The translations under genes were made by a program, and so were the position numbers. This document shows positions 36,516 to 47,333 of a stretch of 64,000 bases of DNA, piece by piece; position 1 is the stretch's first letter; every line of letters starts with the position of its first letter. Under the pieces are notes generated by a model, which was given only the letters and a program-made list of their open reading frames with translations, was not told the origin of the DNA and searched no databases. This stretch comes from a phage, in sequence record PZ019085.1; one strand, written 5' to 3'.

Positions 36516-36992
36516 ATGAAGGTGAAGATTGCTGACACTGCTCGGTATTCCCTGAGCCAAAATCCTGACCAAAACAAAGAAGATGTAGTTCGACGTTGTA
36601 AGGTTGCGGTCTTTGCAGAGTATGTGGTAGCAAATTGGCTAGACGGATATGTTAATAAAGGTATTGAAGACGTAGAAGACCCGTACACGTATGCGTGGGA
36701 CGTGTTAGCCCATCCCAAGTATTGTGGAATTCGTGTAGAAGTCAAGACACACCAGATAGATTCTAAATGGATTTCAGTTACCACAGGATACAGTGGTGAT
36801 TATCCGGGTGGTAATGGAATCAATATAGGGCCCTTCTTGAACCATCGAGTCGCAGATTGCATTATTATATTAGATGTCAAAGAAACCTCACCTGACGTCT
36901 TCTCTTATTCTATAAAGTTTGTGGGAGACCATGAAGACCTAAAGAAAATCGTCCGCAAGAGCAACTACAACGGGTGGTATCTTCATCTTTAA
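36516..36992 (+). CDS. Hypothetical protein (158 aa), at the T4 denB position
   Basis: Internal ATG of the 36372 track ORF; start uncertain; synteny only. Confidence 0.4.
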   Translation: MKVKIADTARYSLSQNPDQNKEDVVRRCKVAVFAEYVVANWLDGYVNKGIEDVEDPYTYAWDVLAHPKYCGIRVEVKTHQIDSKWISVTTGYSGDYPGGNGINIGPFLNHRVADCIIILDVKETSPDVFSYSIKFVGDHEDLKKIVRKSNYNGWYLHL

Positions 36993-37004
36993 TTTCATAA
37001 AAGT

Positions 37005-37034
37005 GTTTACAACTAAGTAGGACTATGTTATAGT
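37005..37034 (+). promoter_or_regulatory. Early promoter (GTTTAC ... TATAGT) with AGGACTA/TAGTCCT palindrome
   Basis: -35 at 37005-37010, -10 at 37029-37034. Confidence 0.5.
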
Positions 37035-37060
37035 AGTCCTATCTAAAAGAGGATAACATT

Positions 37061-37324
37061 ATGAAATTTAAATTTTTCTACGCAAAACATAAAGTAACAG
37101 GCGAATTTGTTTCAATGTACAACACTGCAGATGACGAAGGGATGATTTATACCCATTTGGGACTATCTCATTGGGACTCAGACGTGCCTTATATGTCATC
37201 TGAAGCCGAAATAACTCGTTTAGTTAATGGACATATGAACGACCATTTTAGTGTTATTCTTTCTAAAGACCTTAAAGAGGTTATCAACAAAGGATATATG
37301 GAACTGGCGGAAGTTGAGCTATGA
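37061..37324 (+). CDS. Hypothetical protein (87 aa)
   Basis: ORF with SD AGAGGA. Confidence 0.6.
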   Translation: MKFKFFYAKHKVTGEFVSMYNTADDEGMIYTHLGLSHWDSDVPYMSSEAEITRLVNGHMNDHFSVILSKDLKEVINKGYMELAEVEL

Positions 37325-37516
37325 GCTCTAAAATGTGGATCGGAATATGGTTGCTTAGTATCCCTATGATTTGTATAATATTTTCAATTGCATTGAGGTA
37401 CTTATGAAAAATGCACTTCTTATTGTACTAAGAACAATTTGCGATACGGGTTTTTACATTGCGTGTTCGTTCACAGGAACATGGTTGGCTTTAACATATT
37501 TTAATGTAATTTAATT

Positions 37517-37546
37517 GTTTACAACAAGGTAGGATTATGGTATAGT
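37517..37546 (+). promoter_or_regulatory. Early promoter (GTTTAC, 18 bp, TATAGT)
   Basis: Near-duplicate of the promoters at 16028, 37005 and 57137. Confidence 0.5.
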
Positions 37547-37574
37547 AGTCCTATCAAAACACGAGGAACACAAA

Positions 37575-37775
37575 ATGGCTAAGCTTTTTAAAGATGTTGA
37601 AATTGGTGAAAAATTTGTCCTGAATAATGGCCAGCAGCTTATTCGTGTAGCTTCTATCGCCGGACAAACTCATAACTGTATCGCCCCAACGTGTTGGACT
37701 CGATTCTTTATTGAAGATGACACTGAATGTTTAACTGTTGAAGAGCTTTTTGAACGTTCTGATATGGCCGAATAA
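37575..37775 (+). CDS. Hypothetical protein (66 aa)
   Basis: ORF with SD. Confidence 0.55.
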   Translation: MAKLFKDVEIGEKFVLNNGQQLIRVASIAGQTHNCIAPTCWTRFFIEDDTECLTVEELFERSDMAE

Positions 37776-37777
37776 AA

Positions 37778-37815
37778 TTGTACAAACTCTTGAGAGCAGA
37801 GTATAATGCTCTCAT
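37778..37815 (+). promoter_or_regulatory. Early promoter (TTGTAC, 18 bp, TATAAT) with the -10 in the loop of inverted repeat TGAGAGCA/TGCTCTCA
   Basis: -10 TATAAT at 37802-37807 flanked by 8-bp arms. Confidence 0.5.
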
Positions 37816-37851
37816 GGATTACAAAAACATTAATCAATTGAGGAAATTAGT

Positions 37852-38298
37852 ATGTCTAAATATTTAACTCGTAAAGACCTTCTGGCAGTTGGTGGTGAAG
37901 TTGTTGCAGTAGTTCGTAATGGCGAATACGGTTCCGAAGTTTCTAAAGAGTTTCGTTCTCGTGAAGGTTTTTACTTCTTTGTTAAAGGTTCATCCGATTG
38001 GCGACAAGTAGCAGCACGATTCTTTGTAGGACGTCAACGTTCTAAACAAGGGTTGGATGCAATTCTTTCTCACATTCGTCAAGGCCGTTCGCAACTAGCC
38101 CGTACCATGGGTACTAACAATATTGAATATGATGTAATCTTTGTTGCAGCTAAGAACATGAAACCACTGACTACTGGTTATGGTAAAGGACAATTGGCTC
38201 TGGCATTCACTCGCAATCATACATCAGAATATCAAACACTCACTGAAATGAACCGTCTTCTGGCAGATAATTTCAAATTCATTCTGCAGAGTTACTAA
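37852..38298 (+). CDS. ndd: Nucleoid disruption protein Ndd
   Basis: [33 protein letters not shown] ... [33 protein letters not shown] matches T4 Ndd from memory. Confidence 0.85.
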   Translation: MSKYLTRKDLLAVGGEVVAVVRNGEYGSEVSKEFRSREGFYFFVKGSSDWRQVAARFFVGRQRSKQGLDAILSHIRQGRSQLARTMGTNNIEYDVIFVAAKNMKPLTTGYGKGQLALAFTRNHTSEYQTLTEMNRLLADNFKFILQSY

Positions 38299-38305
38299 TT
38301 TATAT

Positions 38306-38338
38306 AGGCCTATTAAGCTAGGCCTTTAATTTATTTTT
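38306..38338 (+). terminator. Terminator-like hairpin (AGGCCUA-loop-UAGGCCU) followed by a U-rich stretch
   Basis: 7-bp stem then TTTAATTTATTTTTG. Confidence 0.5.
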
Positions 38339-38350
38339 GAGGTAATTAAA

Positions 38351-38497
38351 ATGGTAGCATGGATTATTGCATTACTGTGTTGGTCGTTTTTATTCGTTAA
38401 CACTTTAGTTACAGGCGAAACATCAGTATTTCAACAGGCGGTGTCACAAGGTACCTTAGCAGTCTTAGCTCTTATTAACGTATTAAAAGGCGAGTAA
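38351..38497 (+). CDS. Small membrane peptide (48 aa)
   Basis: Hydrophobic ORF between ndd and 52 (the region where T4 carries ac/stp); identity not established. Confidence 0.35.
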   Translation: MVAWIIALLCWSFLFVNTLVTGETSVFQQAVSQGTLAVLALINVLKGE

Positions 38498-38637
38498 TGA
38501 TTAAGAAAATCTTAGCAGGAGCCTTCGGGCTCTTGTTGTTGCTTACGGTTCTGTACTATGGTGTGTTGTTTGGACTAATCCAAGTAGTGCTTTTCATTTC
38601 AGATGTTATAATGGTTATTCGTTCATTAATATGGTGA
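38497..38637 (+). CDS. Small membrane peptide (46 aa); contains a GGAGCC-UUCG-GGCUC hairpin
   Basis: TAATG overlap with the previous ORF; could instead be an RNA element. Confidence 0.3.
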   Translation: MIKKILAGAFGLLLLLTVLYYGVLFGLIQVVLFISDVIMVIRSLIW

Positions 38638-38641
38638 AAAT

Positions 38642-39967
38642 ATGCAATTGAATTCTCGTAATCTAAAAAGTATTATTGATAACGAAGCCTTAGCATATGC
38701 GATGTACACCGTTGAAAACCGTGCAATCCCAAACATGATTGATGGATTTAAGCCGGTTCAACGTTTTGTGGTTCATCGTGCATTAGATTTGGCTCGTGGT
38801 AATAAAGAAAAATTTCATAAACTTGCGTCAATTGCAGGCGGTGTTGCAGATTTAGGTTATCACCATGGTGAATCTTCTGCACAAGATGCAGGTGCATTAA
38901 TGGCTAACACGTGGAACAACAACTATCCACTGTTAGATGGTCAAGGCAACTTTGGTTCTAGAACAGTCCAAAAAGCTGCAGCGTCTCGTTATATTTTTGC
39001 TCGTGTAAGTAAAAATTTCTATAACGTATATAAAGATACTGAATATGCTCCAGCTCATGAAGATAAAGAACACATTCCACCAAAATTCTATCTTCCTATT
39101 ATTCCGACAGTTCTTTTGAATGGCGTCTCTGGTATTGCAACCGGTTACGCAACAAATATTCTGCCTCATAGTTTTAAATCAGTCAAAAAGGCTGTATTAC
39201 AAGCTCTTCAAGGTAAAAATGTCACTAAGCCAAAAGTTGAATTCCCGGAATTCCGTGGTGAAGTACATGAAGTTGATGGGCGTTATGAGATTCACGGAAC
39301 ATATAAGTTCACATCTCGAACTCAAATGCAGATAACTGAAATCCCGTATAAATTTGACCGTGAAACGTATGTGAGTAAGGTTCTTGACCCGTTGGAAGAC
39401 AAAGGTCTAATCTCATGGGAAGATGATTGTGGTGAACATGGCTTTGGGTTTAAGGTGAAGTTCCGTAAAGAGTACTCGCTTCCTGATGATGAAGAGCTAC
39501 GTCATGAAAAAATCATGAAAGATTTTAGTCTCATCGAACGTCGTTCACAAAACATCACAGTGATTAATGAAAAGGGTAAATTAGCGGTCTATGATAACGT
39601 AGTGGACTTAATCAAAGATTTTGTTGAAGTCCGTAAGACTTACGTTCAGAAACGTATTGACAACAAAATCCTTGAATCTGAAAAAGCATTTAAACTTGCT
39701 TTTGCTAAGGCACACTTCATCAAAAAAGTTATTACAGGTGAAATTGTGATTCAGGGCAAGACTCGTAAAGCTTTGACTGAAGAGCTAGCACAAATCGAAA
39801 TGTATAAAGAACATGTCGATAAACTGGTAGGTCTTAACATCTTCCATATCACTTCCGACGAAGCACGTAAACTGGCAGAAGAAGCTAAAGCTAAGAAAGA
39901 AGAAAATGAGTATTGGAAGTCTACTGATGTTGTGACAGAGTACACTAAAGACTTGGAGGCACTTTGA
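38642..39967 (+). CDS. 52: Topoisomerase II medium subunit gp52 (GyrA-like)
   Basis: 441 aa (T4 gp52 is about 442 aa); topo-II cleavage-core-like sequence; position before motA. Confidence 0.9.
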   Translation: MQLNSRNLKSIIDNEALAYAMYTVENRAIPNMIDGFKPVQRFVVHRALDLARGNKEKFHKLASIAGGVADLGYHHGESSAQDAGALMANTWNNNYPLLDGQGNFGSRTVQKAAASRYIFARVSKNFYNVYKDTEYAPAHEDKEHIPPKFYLPIIPTVLLNGVSGIATGYATNILPHSFKSVKKAVLQALQGKNVTKPKVEFPEFRGEVHEVDGRYEIHGTYKFTSRTQMQITEIPYKFDRETYVSKVLDPLEDKGLISWEDDCGEHGFGFKVKFRKEYSLPDDEELRHEKIMKDFSLIERRSQNITVINEKGKLAVYDNVVDLIKDFVEVRKTYVQKRIDNKILESEKAFKLAFAKAHFIKKVITGEIVIQGKTRKALTEELAQIEMYKEHVDKLVGLNIFHITSDEARKLAEEAKAKKEENEYWKSTDVVTEYTKDLEAL

Positions 39968-40043
39968 GTGCCCTAGCCTTAGGATTTCTCGGTGCAATAG
40001 CTGCACTAGTGATTTGGCTATATTGGTTGGACAAACATGATTA

Positions 40044-40063
40044 GGGAGCTTCGGCTCCTTTTT
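40044..40063 (+). terminator. Intrinsic terminator (GGAGC-UUCG-GCUCC plus U5)
   Basis: Stem, UUCG loop, TTTTT. Confidence 0.7.
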
Positions 40064-40086
40064 GTGCATTTTTTTCTAACAAAACA

Positions 40087-40115
40087 GTTTACATGTGCTT
40101 CAAACATGATAGTAT
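40087..40115 (+). promoter_or_regulatory. Early promoter (GTTTAC, 17 bp, TAGTAT) for motA
   Basis: -35 at 40087-40092, -10 at 40110-40115. Confidence 0.5.
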
Positions 40116-40154
40116 AGACCTATCAAAACAAAACAACCAAATTGGAGAAATAAA

Positions 40155-40787
40155 ATGTCTAAAGTTACTTACATCATCAAAGCTTCTGAAAACGCTCTGA
40201 ATGAAAAAACTGCTGCAATAATGGTTTATATCATTAAGAACAACTTCACCACTGCTGCCAATGTCCGTGAAGCTCTGGAAGCGGAATACAATGCATCGGT
40301 TGTTAACTCTAACATTGGTGTATTGATTAAGAAAGGTTTAGTCGAAAAATCTGGTGATGGACTTATAGCAACAGGTGAAGCAATGGATATTATCCAAAAA
40401 GCTGCAGACCTATTTGCTCAAGAAAATGCTCCAGAACTTCTTCAGAAACGTAACACCAGAAAAGCACGTGGAGTTACTCCTGAAATGCATGAACTAGCAA
40501 ACTTTGTTTTTGAAAATATTAAAGATAAAGTTGAAGTTAAAGAAATTGGTGAAAACCGTAGTAACTTGGAAGTTCGATTTGCAAAACGAGTTCTAGGTAT
40601 TCGTCAGATCGAAATTCGTCGAAATGGTTCTCTTAGAATCTTTGCATACAACATGTCAGAAACTGAATCAAAGCTGTTTACTTCTCTTGAAAATGATGTT
40701 AAGATTAAGATCGGTGGTAAATATACTTACATTGACTTCCCTAATGTGTCCAAAGAAATCATTACTCTTGTAACTAACGTACTGTGA
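40155..40787 (+). CDS. motA: Middle-transcription activator MotA
   Basis: MSKVTYIIKAS ... VVNSNIGVLIKKGLVEKSGDGLI matches T4 MotA from memory. Confidence 0.9.
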   Translation: MSKVTYIIKASENALNEKTAAIMVYIIKNNFTTAANVREALEAEYNASVVNSNIGVLIKKGLVEKSGDGLIATGEAMDIIQKAADLFAQENAPELLQKRNTRKARGVTPEMHELANFVFENIKDKVEVKEIGENRSNLEVRFAKRVLGIRQIEIRRNGSLRIFAYNMSETESKLFTSLENDVKIKIGGKYTYIDFPNVSKEIITLVTNVL

Positions 40788-40797
40788 GGAATACATA

Positions 40798-41142
40798 ATG
40801 AATAAGCTGAATATTATTAACGAACTTCGTAAATGCGCAGAACCTACTCAGGAAGGATGGGATATTTGGTACCACGGGGCTTATTTAGGGACAATTGTAA
40901 AGGTTAAAGCTGGGTTATATTTAATTATTCGCGAAAATTCCGAATTCCCTAATGGAGTAGCTCCTGGTGGTCTTCGTAAAAACTATATGGCCGCGATCAG
41001 TTCATTTGTTGATGCAGCTTACGAAATCTATAAAGAAGATTATAAAGAATATCAGCAGTCGCAACCGGTTATTCGTTCGATTGGTGTAAATAAACAAGCA
41101 CAAAAATCTATTTGGCAACGTATTAAGGAATGGTTTAAATGA
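40798..41142 (+). CDS. Hypothetical protein (114 aa)
   Basis: ORF. Confidence 0.55.
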   Translation: MNKLNIINELRKCAEPTQEGWDIWYHGAYLGTIVKVKAGLYLIIRENSEFPNGVAPGGLRKNYMAAISSFVDAAYEIYKEDYKEYQQSQPVIRSIGVNKQAQKSIWQRIKEWFK

Positions 41143-41600
41143 AATCATTTAAAGAACGTTTAGAGCTATTAGATTTGGCCTTGTCTCGTGAGACTCCTGA
41201 AAGTCTAGCAGAAAAATTCCAGTCCTACGGTTATAATTATTCTGCTGATGATATAATGAATGAAGTTCCTGAAATCTGTTGGCAAACATGCTATTGGAAT
41301 AATGACCAAAAAGTTCAACGTGTTATAGTATGTGCAGCCAATAGGTTTAAATTGAAGAGTGGTGGAACTCTGGTTATTCCTGGAGTTCGTCATTACTCTA
41401 AAGATATGGCTGAAGTACTTGATATAGTTGGTCCTCAATTAGTCTCACAACAAGTTTGTGGTGACGACCAAGGCTTTATCGACCAATACTCTAATTACTG
41501 GACTCGTGAAGAAGCAATGATTATTGCAACATATGCTGGACAGGTGCGTATTGAACGTGGCGGAAGTGAGAAAGAACTTTATTCAGAGGACCTTTATTAA
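41139..41600 (+). CDS. Hypothetical protein (153 aa)
   Basis: ORF with ATGA overlap. Confidence 0.55.
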   Translation: MKSFKERLELLDLALSRETPESLAEKFQSYGYNYSADDIMNEVPEICWQTCYWNNDQKVQRVIVCAANRFKLKSGGTLVIPGVRHYSKDMAEVLDIVGPQLVSQQVCGDDQGFIDQYSNYWTREEAMIIATYAGQVRIERGGSEKELYSEDLY

Positions 41601-41881
41601 TGAATATTAAACAACTCCAGAAAGATGCTATTGAAACACGTATCCAAGATATCAAACGTCTTAATCATATGATGGAAGAAAACTATGGTATGTATGCTAA
41701 TCAGCCTGGTTGGGATGCTTTAGATCATCCTTATTTGGTCAATTTATGTAAAGGTGATAAGTTAGCAATTATTCGTGACGGGTTAAAACCTTTCTTGCGT
41801 GACATGTATATTAAAATGAACGAAGAAATTATTAGCTCGTTGCAATATCAATTAAGGAAATTAGATGATGAGAATAATTGA
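41600..41881 (+). CDS. Hypothetical protein (93 aa)
   Basis: ORF. Confidence 0.5.
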   Translation: MNIKQLQKDAIETRIQDIKRLNHMMEENYGMYANQPGWDALDHPYLVNLCKGDKLAIIRDGLKPFLRDMYIKMNEEIISSLQYQLRKLDDENN

Positions 41882-42083
41882 TTCTAAAGCAGATTATTTT
41901 AATTCTGTTAATGATAAGAATAAAGCTTTAATTCGCCACTTTATTACTGAGATGGGTTATACTGACTCTAAAGATTTGAAAGAGCACATTATCGAATGTT
42001 CTGTGGCTAAAAAGTTTTCTTTTACCGATAAATGCTTAAATGAGGTTATAAATCATTATGAACAATCTTGTAGCAAAACATGA
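41865..42083 (+). CDS. Hypothetical protein (72 aa)
   Basis: ORF. Confidence 0.45.
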   Translation: MMRIIDSKADYFNSVNDKNKALIRHFITEMGYTDSKDLKEHIIECSVAKKFSFTDKCLNEVINHYEQSCSKT

Positions 42084-42166
42084 TTTCAATAAGGCTTCTG
42101 TCCATAAGGACAAGAAGAAATCAGAACTTCAATCTAAACGCAAACAAAAACATAAGGGTAAAGACT

Positions 42167-42466
42167 ATGCTTACTAAAATCAAAGAAAATCCTGCCACTG
42201 AACTTGTTATTCGATGTGAAGAACTTGCAGAGCTTTATCAGGTTAACCGAGAAGTGTATCGTAGTGTTGTTGCGGATATGGCAGACGAAGTATGTTCTCG
42301 TATTCCTTTTAGTGTTGATTTCAATCACATGAAGCCTGGTGAAATCACTATCGTCTTTGGTTCCGACTATACTGAAGAACGGGCTCTTAATGCCCTAGAA
42401 TATGAAATGTCGTTCTTCGACATACAGGACTACATTGATAGTTATAAGGAACGATATGAGTCATAA
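42167..42466 (+). CDS. Hypothetical acidic protein (99 aa), at the T4 arn position
   Basis: Internal ATG with SD AAGGG; synteny only. Confidence 0.4.
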   Translation: MLTKIKENPATELVIRCEELAELYQVNREVYRSVVADMADEVCSRIPFSVDFNHMKPGEITIVFGSDYTEERALNALEYEMSFFDIQDYIDSYKERYES

Positions 42467-42599
42467 TCTTCAGAACGTAGTAGAGGCCGAACGTGAGCGT
42501 GAGGCTTTAGTCTATAATGAACTATTAGTTCCGTTCTTGGTCTTACACTCGTACGAACAGGAAGACTACGCCAATTACGTTAAAAGCGTAGAAAAAGCT

Positions 42600-42629
42600 G
42601 TTTACAATCAACACTGATAATGGTACTAT
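42600..42629 (+). promoter_or_regulatory. Early promoter (GTTTAC, 18 bp, TACTAT) for asiA
   Basis: -35 at 42600-42605, -10 at 42624-42629. Confidence 0.5.
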
Positions 42630-42663
42630 ATCCATATCAACTAAGTAGAATGAATAAAACGTT

Positions 42664-42936
42664 ATGAATAAAGATATTGAAATTGTACGTGAAATTATTA
42701 CTATTGCTTCTATTTTGATTAAATTCTCTAGGGAAGATATTGTTGAAGACCGAGCAAGTTTCATCGGATTCTTGAATGAGATTGGAATTAAAAAAGATGG
42801 TCGGCAGCTAAATCAGAATTCTTTTAGAAAACTAATTACAAATTTAACTGCCGAAGAAAAGAAAACACTGATTAGTGAATTCAATGAAGGTTTTGAAAAT
42901 ATTTATCGTCATTTAGCGATGTATTCTAACAACTAA
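42664..42936 (+). CDS. asiA: Anti-sigma70 factor AsiA
   Basis: 90 aa; VREIITIASILIKFSREDIVE ... KLNQNSFRK nearly identical to T4 AsiA from memory. Confidence 0.95.
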   Translation: MNKDIEIVREIITIASILIKFSREDIVEDRASFIGFLNEIGIKKDGRQLNQNSFRKLITNLTAEEKKTLISEFNEGFENIYRHLAMYSNN

Positions 42937-43599
42937 TTATTTAGCCCTTCCTAGTATTCGGATCGCTTGGTTGCATATAGCCGCTAAGCGATCTTCCTCA
43001 AGTATATTATTATTCCCCTTATACCAATACATCGCCACAGTTCCAGCATAGATGTTATCCAAATTAAAGTATGGACAACTATACATATAAGAAAGTTCGG
43101 CAGTCTTAGATTTTGTAGGCAAAAATGCAAATTCTGATTTAGATGAGAAATGACGGCCACTTAAATGAATTATATATTCATCGGCCGTTTTATCCACTGG
43201 GAATCCGCCAAGGGACTTTTCAGAAATTGTGCTAGGTAGTTTGCCTTCATAAGCTATAAGGTCGACAAAATAATTTAAGTTTTTAGGTCTGAAAGAATAC
43301 ACAGCACTAAAATCTGCACCAGATGAGATATGAACTATTTGCAGTTGTTCTAGAGCCGCAGATTCAAAACGTAAAGCTCGTTCTTTTTGGATTATTTCAG
43401 TATAAGTATCATACTTAGCTCTTACATAATAATCCAGCAAAATACTTCCTTTGTACCATATTAGTGCCATTAGGAACAAAAGAATAATTACCGCTACTCG
43501 GGACATTAAAACCTTTCCAGTAGCGTTATCTTTGAAAATACGATCTAGCAACCCAAATAGAATATCACTAAGCGAAAATGATACTTTTGGTGTTGCCAT
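42937..43599 (-). CDS. t: Holin T
   Basis: 220 aa; FSAVYSFRPKNLNYFVDLIAYEGKLPSTISEKSLGG ... MYSCPYFNLDNIYAG matches T4 holin from memory. Confidence 0.95.
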   Translation of the reverse strand: MATPKVSFSLSDILFGLLDRIFKDNATGKVLMSRVAVIILLFLMALIWYKGSILLDYYVRAKYDTYTEIIQKERALRFESAALEQLQIVHISSGADFSAVYSFRPKNLNYFVDLIAYEGKLPSTISEKSLGGFPVDKTADEYIIHLSGRHFSSKSEFAFLPTKSKTAELSYMYSCPYFNLDNIYAGTVAMYWYKGNNNILEEDRLAAICNQAIRILGRAK

Positions 43600-43608
43600 A
43601 ATACCTCC

Positions 43609-44160
43609 TTACTTAAAGATATTTATAATCGCTTTGACAATAGATTTGTTTTCAAGGTCAGGGAATTTAGGGAATTCACAGCCAAGATGTTCATGTTTTT
43701 CTAAAAGGGCAAAGAATTTTTTGAGCTCTTTAAATTTTCGTTTTTCTTCTCTATTAGCAACCTCTGCGTCAATAAGAGAACTTAAAACACTGAATAATTT
43801 ATAGAGTTCATGAATTTTCTTATCACGTTGAACTACGCGTTTATATGCTTCATCTTCCTTCCACCCGTCGCCGGTCCAAATGTCAAATTCACCAGGTTCT
43901 TCTGTAGTAACATTTTGAAGAGCACCTGGGGTGTCAATAACAATTTTTTGCTTATCATAAGTCCATACTGTTTTTCCACGATGGTCTTCAACATATACCC
44001 ATTCTTGCTCGCGTTCGTCAAATATAACAGCATAGCCTTCTTTAGGGTCTAAAGGTTTTTTTGGTGTTGAATGAGCCGGAAATCCTACGCCTTTTAATGG
44101 TTTATAATTTTCTTCTTTGTAAAATTCTTTAGTGTCAAAATAATAATGATAGAGTTTCAT
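43609..44160 (-). CDS. 38: gp38, T4-type tail-fibre assembly chaperone
   Basis: 183 aa; MKLYHYYFDTKEFYKEENYKP ... LLEKHEHLG matches T4 gp38 from memory. Confidence 0.9.
   Translation of the reverse strand: MKLYHYYFDTKEFYKEENYKPLKGVGFPAHSTPKKPLDPKEGYAVIFDEREQEWVYVEDHRGKTVWTYDKQKIVIDTPGALQNVTTEEPGEFDIWTGDGWKEDEAYKRVVQRDKKIHELYKLFSVLSSLIDAEVANREEKRKFKELKKFFALLEKHEHLGCEFPKFPDLENKSIVKAIINIFK
43620..43627 (-). promoter_or_regulatory. Late promoter TATAAATA (minus strand) for t
   Basis: Plus-strand TATTTATA about 20 nt upstream of the t start, inside the 3' end of gene 38. Confidence 0.55.
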
Positions 44161-44165
44161 ATTAT

Positions 44166-44184
44166 AAAAAGGGACCGAAGTCCC
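44166..44184 (-). terminator. Intrinsic terminator on the minus strand (GGGAC-UUCG-GUCCC plus U5) after gene 37
   Basis: Reverse complement of the plus strand 44166-44184. Confidence 0.6.
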
Positions 44185-44190
44185 TTCTCC

Positions 44191-47100
44191 TTATGCTAAA
44201 CGAACGATATAGTTAAAAGCAACGTTTTTAACAGTGTTTTCTGTATTTCCTGTGGCATTTACAGTTATTGTATGTCCATGGGAACCAATTGCAACAGTAT
44301 GAGAATGAGCACCAATACCTACAGTATGAGAATGAGCACCAATACCTACCGTATGAGCATGGTTACCTGTAGTGCTTGTAGTACCAGACCAACTATGAGT
44401 ATGGTTACCTTCTGTTGACGACTTTGCAATATATTGGCTTGTGCCAGGCACGACACCGTTGCTTAGGCCAAAACCAACAACCTGAGACCCACTAATTAGA
44501 GTAGCCCCATTAGGAAATATCCCGGTCGGTTGGTTACTAGGTCCTCTTGGGCCTGTCTGTGAGTGCTGGTGGTTACCAGCGGCACTAGTATTACCACTCA
44601 CTGTATGGTTATGGTTACCAGTGGTATTACTGGTCTTAGTACCATAATCAAAGCTTGAAGTCGTTTTGCTACCGTAATCAAAACTTGACGTATTTTTAGT
44701 ACCCAAATCTGTGCTTGATGCACTTGCACTATGGCTATGTGACTTAACACCGTCTGCTTCTGTACTTAATACAGCACGCCCAGATGGTTTACCCTTGATA
44801 GTTTGACCACGCATATCAGGCAGTGCGCCGGAAGGATACACAGCAGCTAACTTAGGATACAAGTCAGCATCAAATGTTTGCCCTTCCATTATGGCATAAC
44901 CTTCAGGAGGTGTATCAGTAGGCCAAGGAATCGGAGCACCAATTGGATAACTCGACACAATATCCGTCTTAAGGTTATTTATTGTGGTATTCAAGTTAGC
45001 AAAATTACCAGAACCACCAGTAATATTACCATCAGTTCCTAGTTGTGCATCTCCGACTTTAAGAGGTTTACTGACTTCCACGAAATTATCGCTTATAACA
45101 AGACCGTGTCCATACGATTGGCTATAAAGTGATAAATCATTTCCAGAACCACCAAGACCAACATACCAAGATCTAGTTCCAGCTTTAGAACCCTGCAAAT
45201 AATTAGCAGAAGAAGATGAAGGAGAATCTAGAGTAAGCGCTGCATTACGTTCATTAATAGTTACTGGACATATCATTTTAATAGTTTTAAGACTATTACT
45301 TACTTGTAATAATCCTGTACCGGATCCAGAATCCCCCAAATGAACATCATGCGACATTTTAACTGTGCCGGTGTTCAGTTCTATTATCAATGGTCTAAGA
45401 TTACTTATACCGCCTGATTCTCCAGCATCTTTAGGAGTAGGGATAATATAAAGATTACTTTCTGAACGACGGAAAATAGCCCCGTATTCAGCATTCCAAA
45501 TTCTTAATGCATCAGCTGTTCCACCAATTTTAACTTGTCCAGTAATAGAAGAACCACCTTGTAAAAACAAGCCGTTCTTCATTGTAACATTGCCACCAAA
45601 AGAACCTGTACCGGAGGCACTTATATTACCAAGGCCTACGATATGGCCTGTTTCGACAGTTCCGTTAAATTTAAAGTTAACCGGACCTACTGTTTCACCA
45701 GAAGCCGGGTTGGTACGTTGAGCATAAAAATAATAACCTTGTGAATCTGATACTTCAAATACAGTTTCTCTATTACCCTTTTCAGCGTTAAATGAGTTAC
45801 CCCATGCTTTAATGGTTACAGTATTTTTATTCTGACCATTACGAGTACCTGCATCCCAGTTAATGGGTTTTGTCCCGTCAACACCTGTAGGCGCTTTAAA
45901 TGACAAAGCATTGGTATTGTCATCACCTGATAAAAATAACCCAGTACGCATTGAAATACGTTGGGTTGAGTCAAATGTACCATCTGCTCTAATAGCAACC
46001 TTATTGGAACTGGTTTTAATATCTAAAATGCCAGGCTCAACAAGAAGCCCATCACCCATACTAACGGACATACGGCCAGTGCCACGGAAATAGTGATACA
46101 TCTTGGCATTGCTACTATAGCCAATATGAGTCTGACCGTCACCGTTATTATTACCATCAACATCGGTACGCGCAGTAAACATTGCTTGGTTGTTATTTGG
46201 GTAATCCCAAGTAGAACCAGAATCTCGACTATAACCAACCATCAATTTTTTAGTACTGTTAATACCGTTATTAAGAATAGTGCCGGCAGAAATACCATTC
46301 GCAACTAAATCGATAACCCCGTCACGAACCCATTTAATACCGGTATCATTGTCACCAATTGCAATACCTTTACCAAACGAAACCAATGGATAACGTCCTT
46401 GGTCACCAACATCAGCAAGACCTATACCTATCGAATTAGCAACAGACATACGCCCATCTGTGGTATAAGACCATTGATAAACTTCAGCATTACGTCCCGT
46501 CCAATACGAAATATTCTGTGGTTTACCTGAACGAGCATCAGCAACTTCATGGAAAATAGCAGAAGAAACATGTCCGCGGAATTTACGAAGGTAGTTTATA
46601 CCATTAGTATCCAAATCTGTTTCGGTTGGAGTATACTGCCAAGTCGGTAGTGAAACTAAATCATATGCAGTATCAATATTAGTGTCCCAAGATTTAGTGC
46701 TCACATTGATATTTTTGGTAATAACTTTAGGACCAATTAAAGAACCAGCTTTAGTTTCAATATTACTTTGAGTAACTAAATATCCATTAGATACTAATAA
46801 ACTTCCGGAATCAACTTGAAAATTACCGTTTCGATTAAAAGTCCAGTATTTTGAAGTCCCGGTTTCATCAATATAATGGAATTTAAAACTACCTTCGTTT
46901 ACTAATGTACCAGCAGAAAAAGTTCCATCTTTATAGCGTTGTTTAATCAGTGGATGGTATTCTGAAACAGAAGTAGTTGAACTTAAATCTGTAAAGATAG
47001 GGGCTTTATTCGAATGTTGGTTAGCCCAAGCGCCATTTCCAGTGGTTTTAGGTAAAAATTCAATGTATTTTCCTGCATAAACAAACTGATTTCCATTGAG

Positions 47101-47325
47101 ATTATATGTGCCGTTTTGTAAATAATCACCAGTTTGAGTTACATTACCGTTAATATCCCCACCCTTAGCAAAGCCTAGGCTAATAATATTACCGAGGTCA
47201 TCTTTAGTAAAAAGAGTTCGATCTTTTAAGTTTATCGCTAATTCGCCTTCGGCTAATTGTGCTGCAGTAGGATTAACTCCTGCTACTTTGCTTCTTTTAA
47301 ATTGTATCTGTTTTAATGTAGCCAT
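44191..47325 (-). CDS. 37: Long tail fibre distal subunit gp37 with His-rich receptor-binding tip
   Basis: 1044 aa; C-terminal HxH repeats (GNHTHSWSG ... [18 protein letters not shown]) as in the T4 gp37 needle domain. Confidence 0.9.
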   Translation of the reverse strand: MATLKQIQFKRSKVAGVNPTAAQLAEGELAINLKDRTLFTKDDLGNIISLGFAKGGDINGNVTQTGDYLQNGTYNLNGNQFVYAGKYIEFLPKTTGNGAWANQHSNKAPIFTDLSSTTSVSEYHPLIKQRYKDGTFSAGTLVNEGSFKFHYIDETGTSKYWTFNRNGNFQVDSGSLLVSNGYLVTQSNIETKAGSLIGPKVITKNINVSTKSWDTNIDTAYDLVSLPTWQYTPTETDLDTNGINYLRKFRGHVSSAIFHEVADARSGKPQNISYWTGRNAEVYQWSYTTDGRMSVANSIGIGLADVGDQGRYPLVSFGKGIAIGDNDTGIKWVRDGVIDLVANGISAGTILNNGINSTKKLMVGYSRDSGSTWDYPNNNQAMFTARTDVDGNNNGDGQTHIGYSSNAKMYHYFRGTGRMSVSMGDGLLVEPGILDIKTSSNKVAIRADGTFDSTQRISMRTGLFLSGDDNTNALSFKAPTGVDGTKPINWDAGTRNGQNKNTVTIKAWGNSFNAEKGNRETVFEVSDSQGYYFYAQRTNPASGETVGPVNFKFNGTVETGHIVGLGNISASGTGSFGGNVTMKNGLFLQGGSSITGQVKIGGTADALRIWNAEYGAIFRRSESNLYIIPTPKDAGESGGISNLRPLIIELNTGTVKMSHDVHLGDSGSGTGLLQVSNSLKTIKMICPVTINERNAALTLDSPSSSSANYLQGSKAGTRSWYVGLGGSGNDLSLYSQSYGHGLVISDNFVEVSKPLKVGDAQLGTDGNITGGSGNFANLNTTINNLKTDIVSSYPIGAPIPWPTDTPPEGYAIMEGQTFDADLYPKLAAVYPSGALPDMRGQTIKGKPSGRAVLSTEADGVKSHSHSASASSTDLGTKNTSSFDYGSKTTSSFDYGTKTSNTTGNHNHTVSGNTSAAGNHQHSQTGPRGPSNQPTGIFPNGATLISGSQVVGFGLSNGVVPGTSQYIAKSSTEGNHTHSWSGTTSTTGNHAHTVGIGAHSHTVGIGAHSHTVAIGSHGHTITVNATGNTENTVKNVAFNYIVRLA
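44281..44345 (-). repeat. Tandem DNA repeats encoding the GIGAHSHTV HxH units of the gp37 tip
   Basis: Directly repeated ATGAGAATGAGCACCAATACCTAC-like units on the plus strand; approximate coordinates. Confidence 0.5.
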
Positions 47326-47333
47326 AAGTCCTC

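Noticed and set aside
36416-36784. 122-aa minus-strand ORF
   Set aside because: Overlaps plus-strand genes with better context; no RBS.
38518-38535. GGAGCC-UUCG-GGCUC hairpin as an independent terminator
   Set aside because: It lies inside a plausible small membrane ORF and lacks a U-tract; kept only as a note on that ORF.
45816-46308. Short ORFs on both strands within gene 37
   Set aside because: Shadow ORFs inside the tail-fibre gene.
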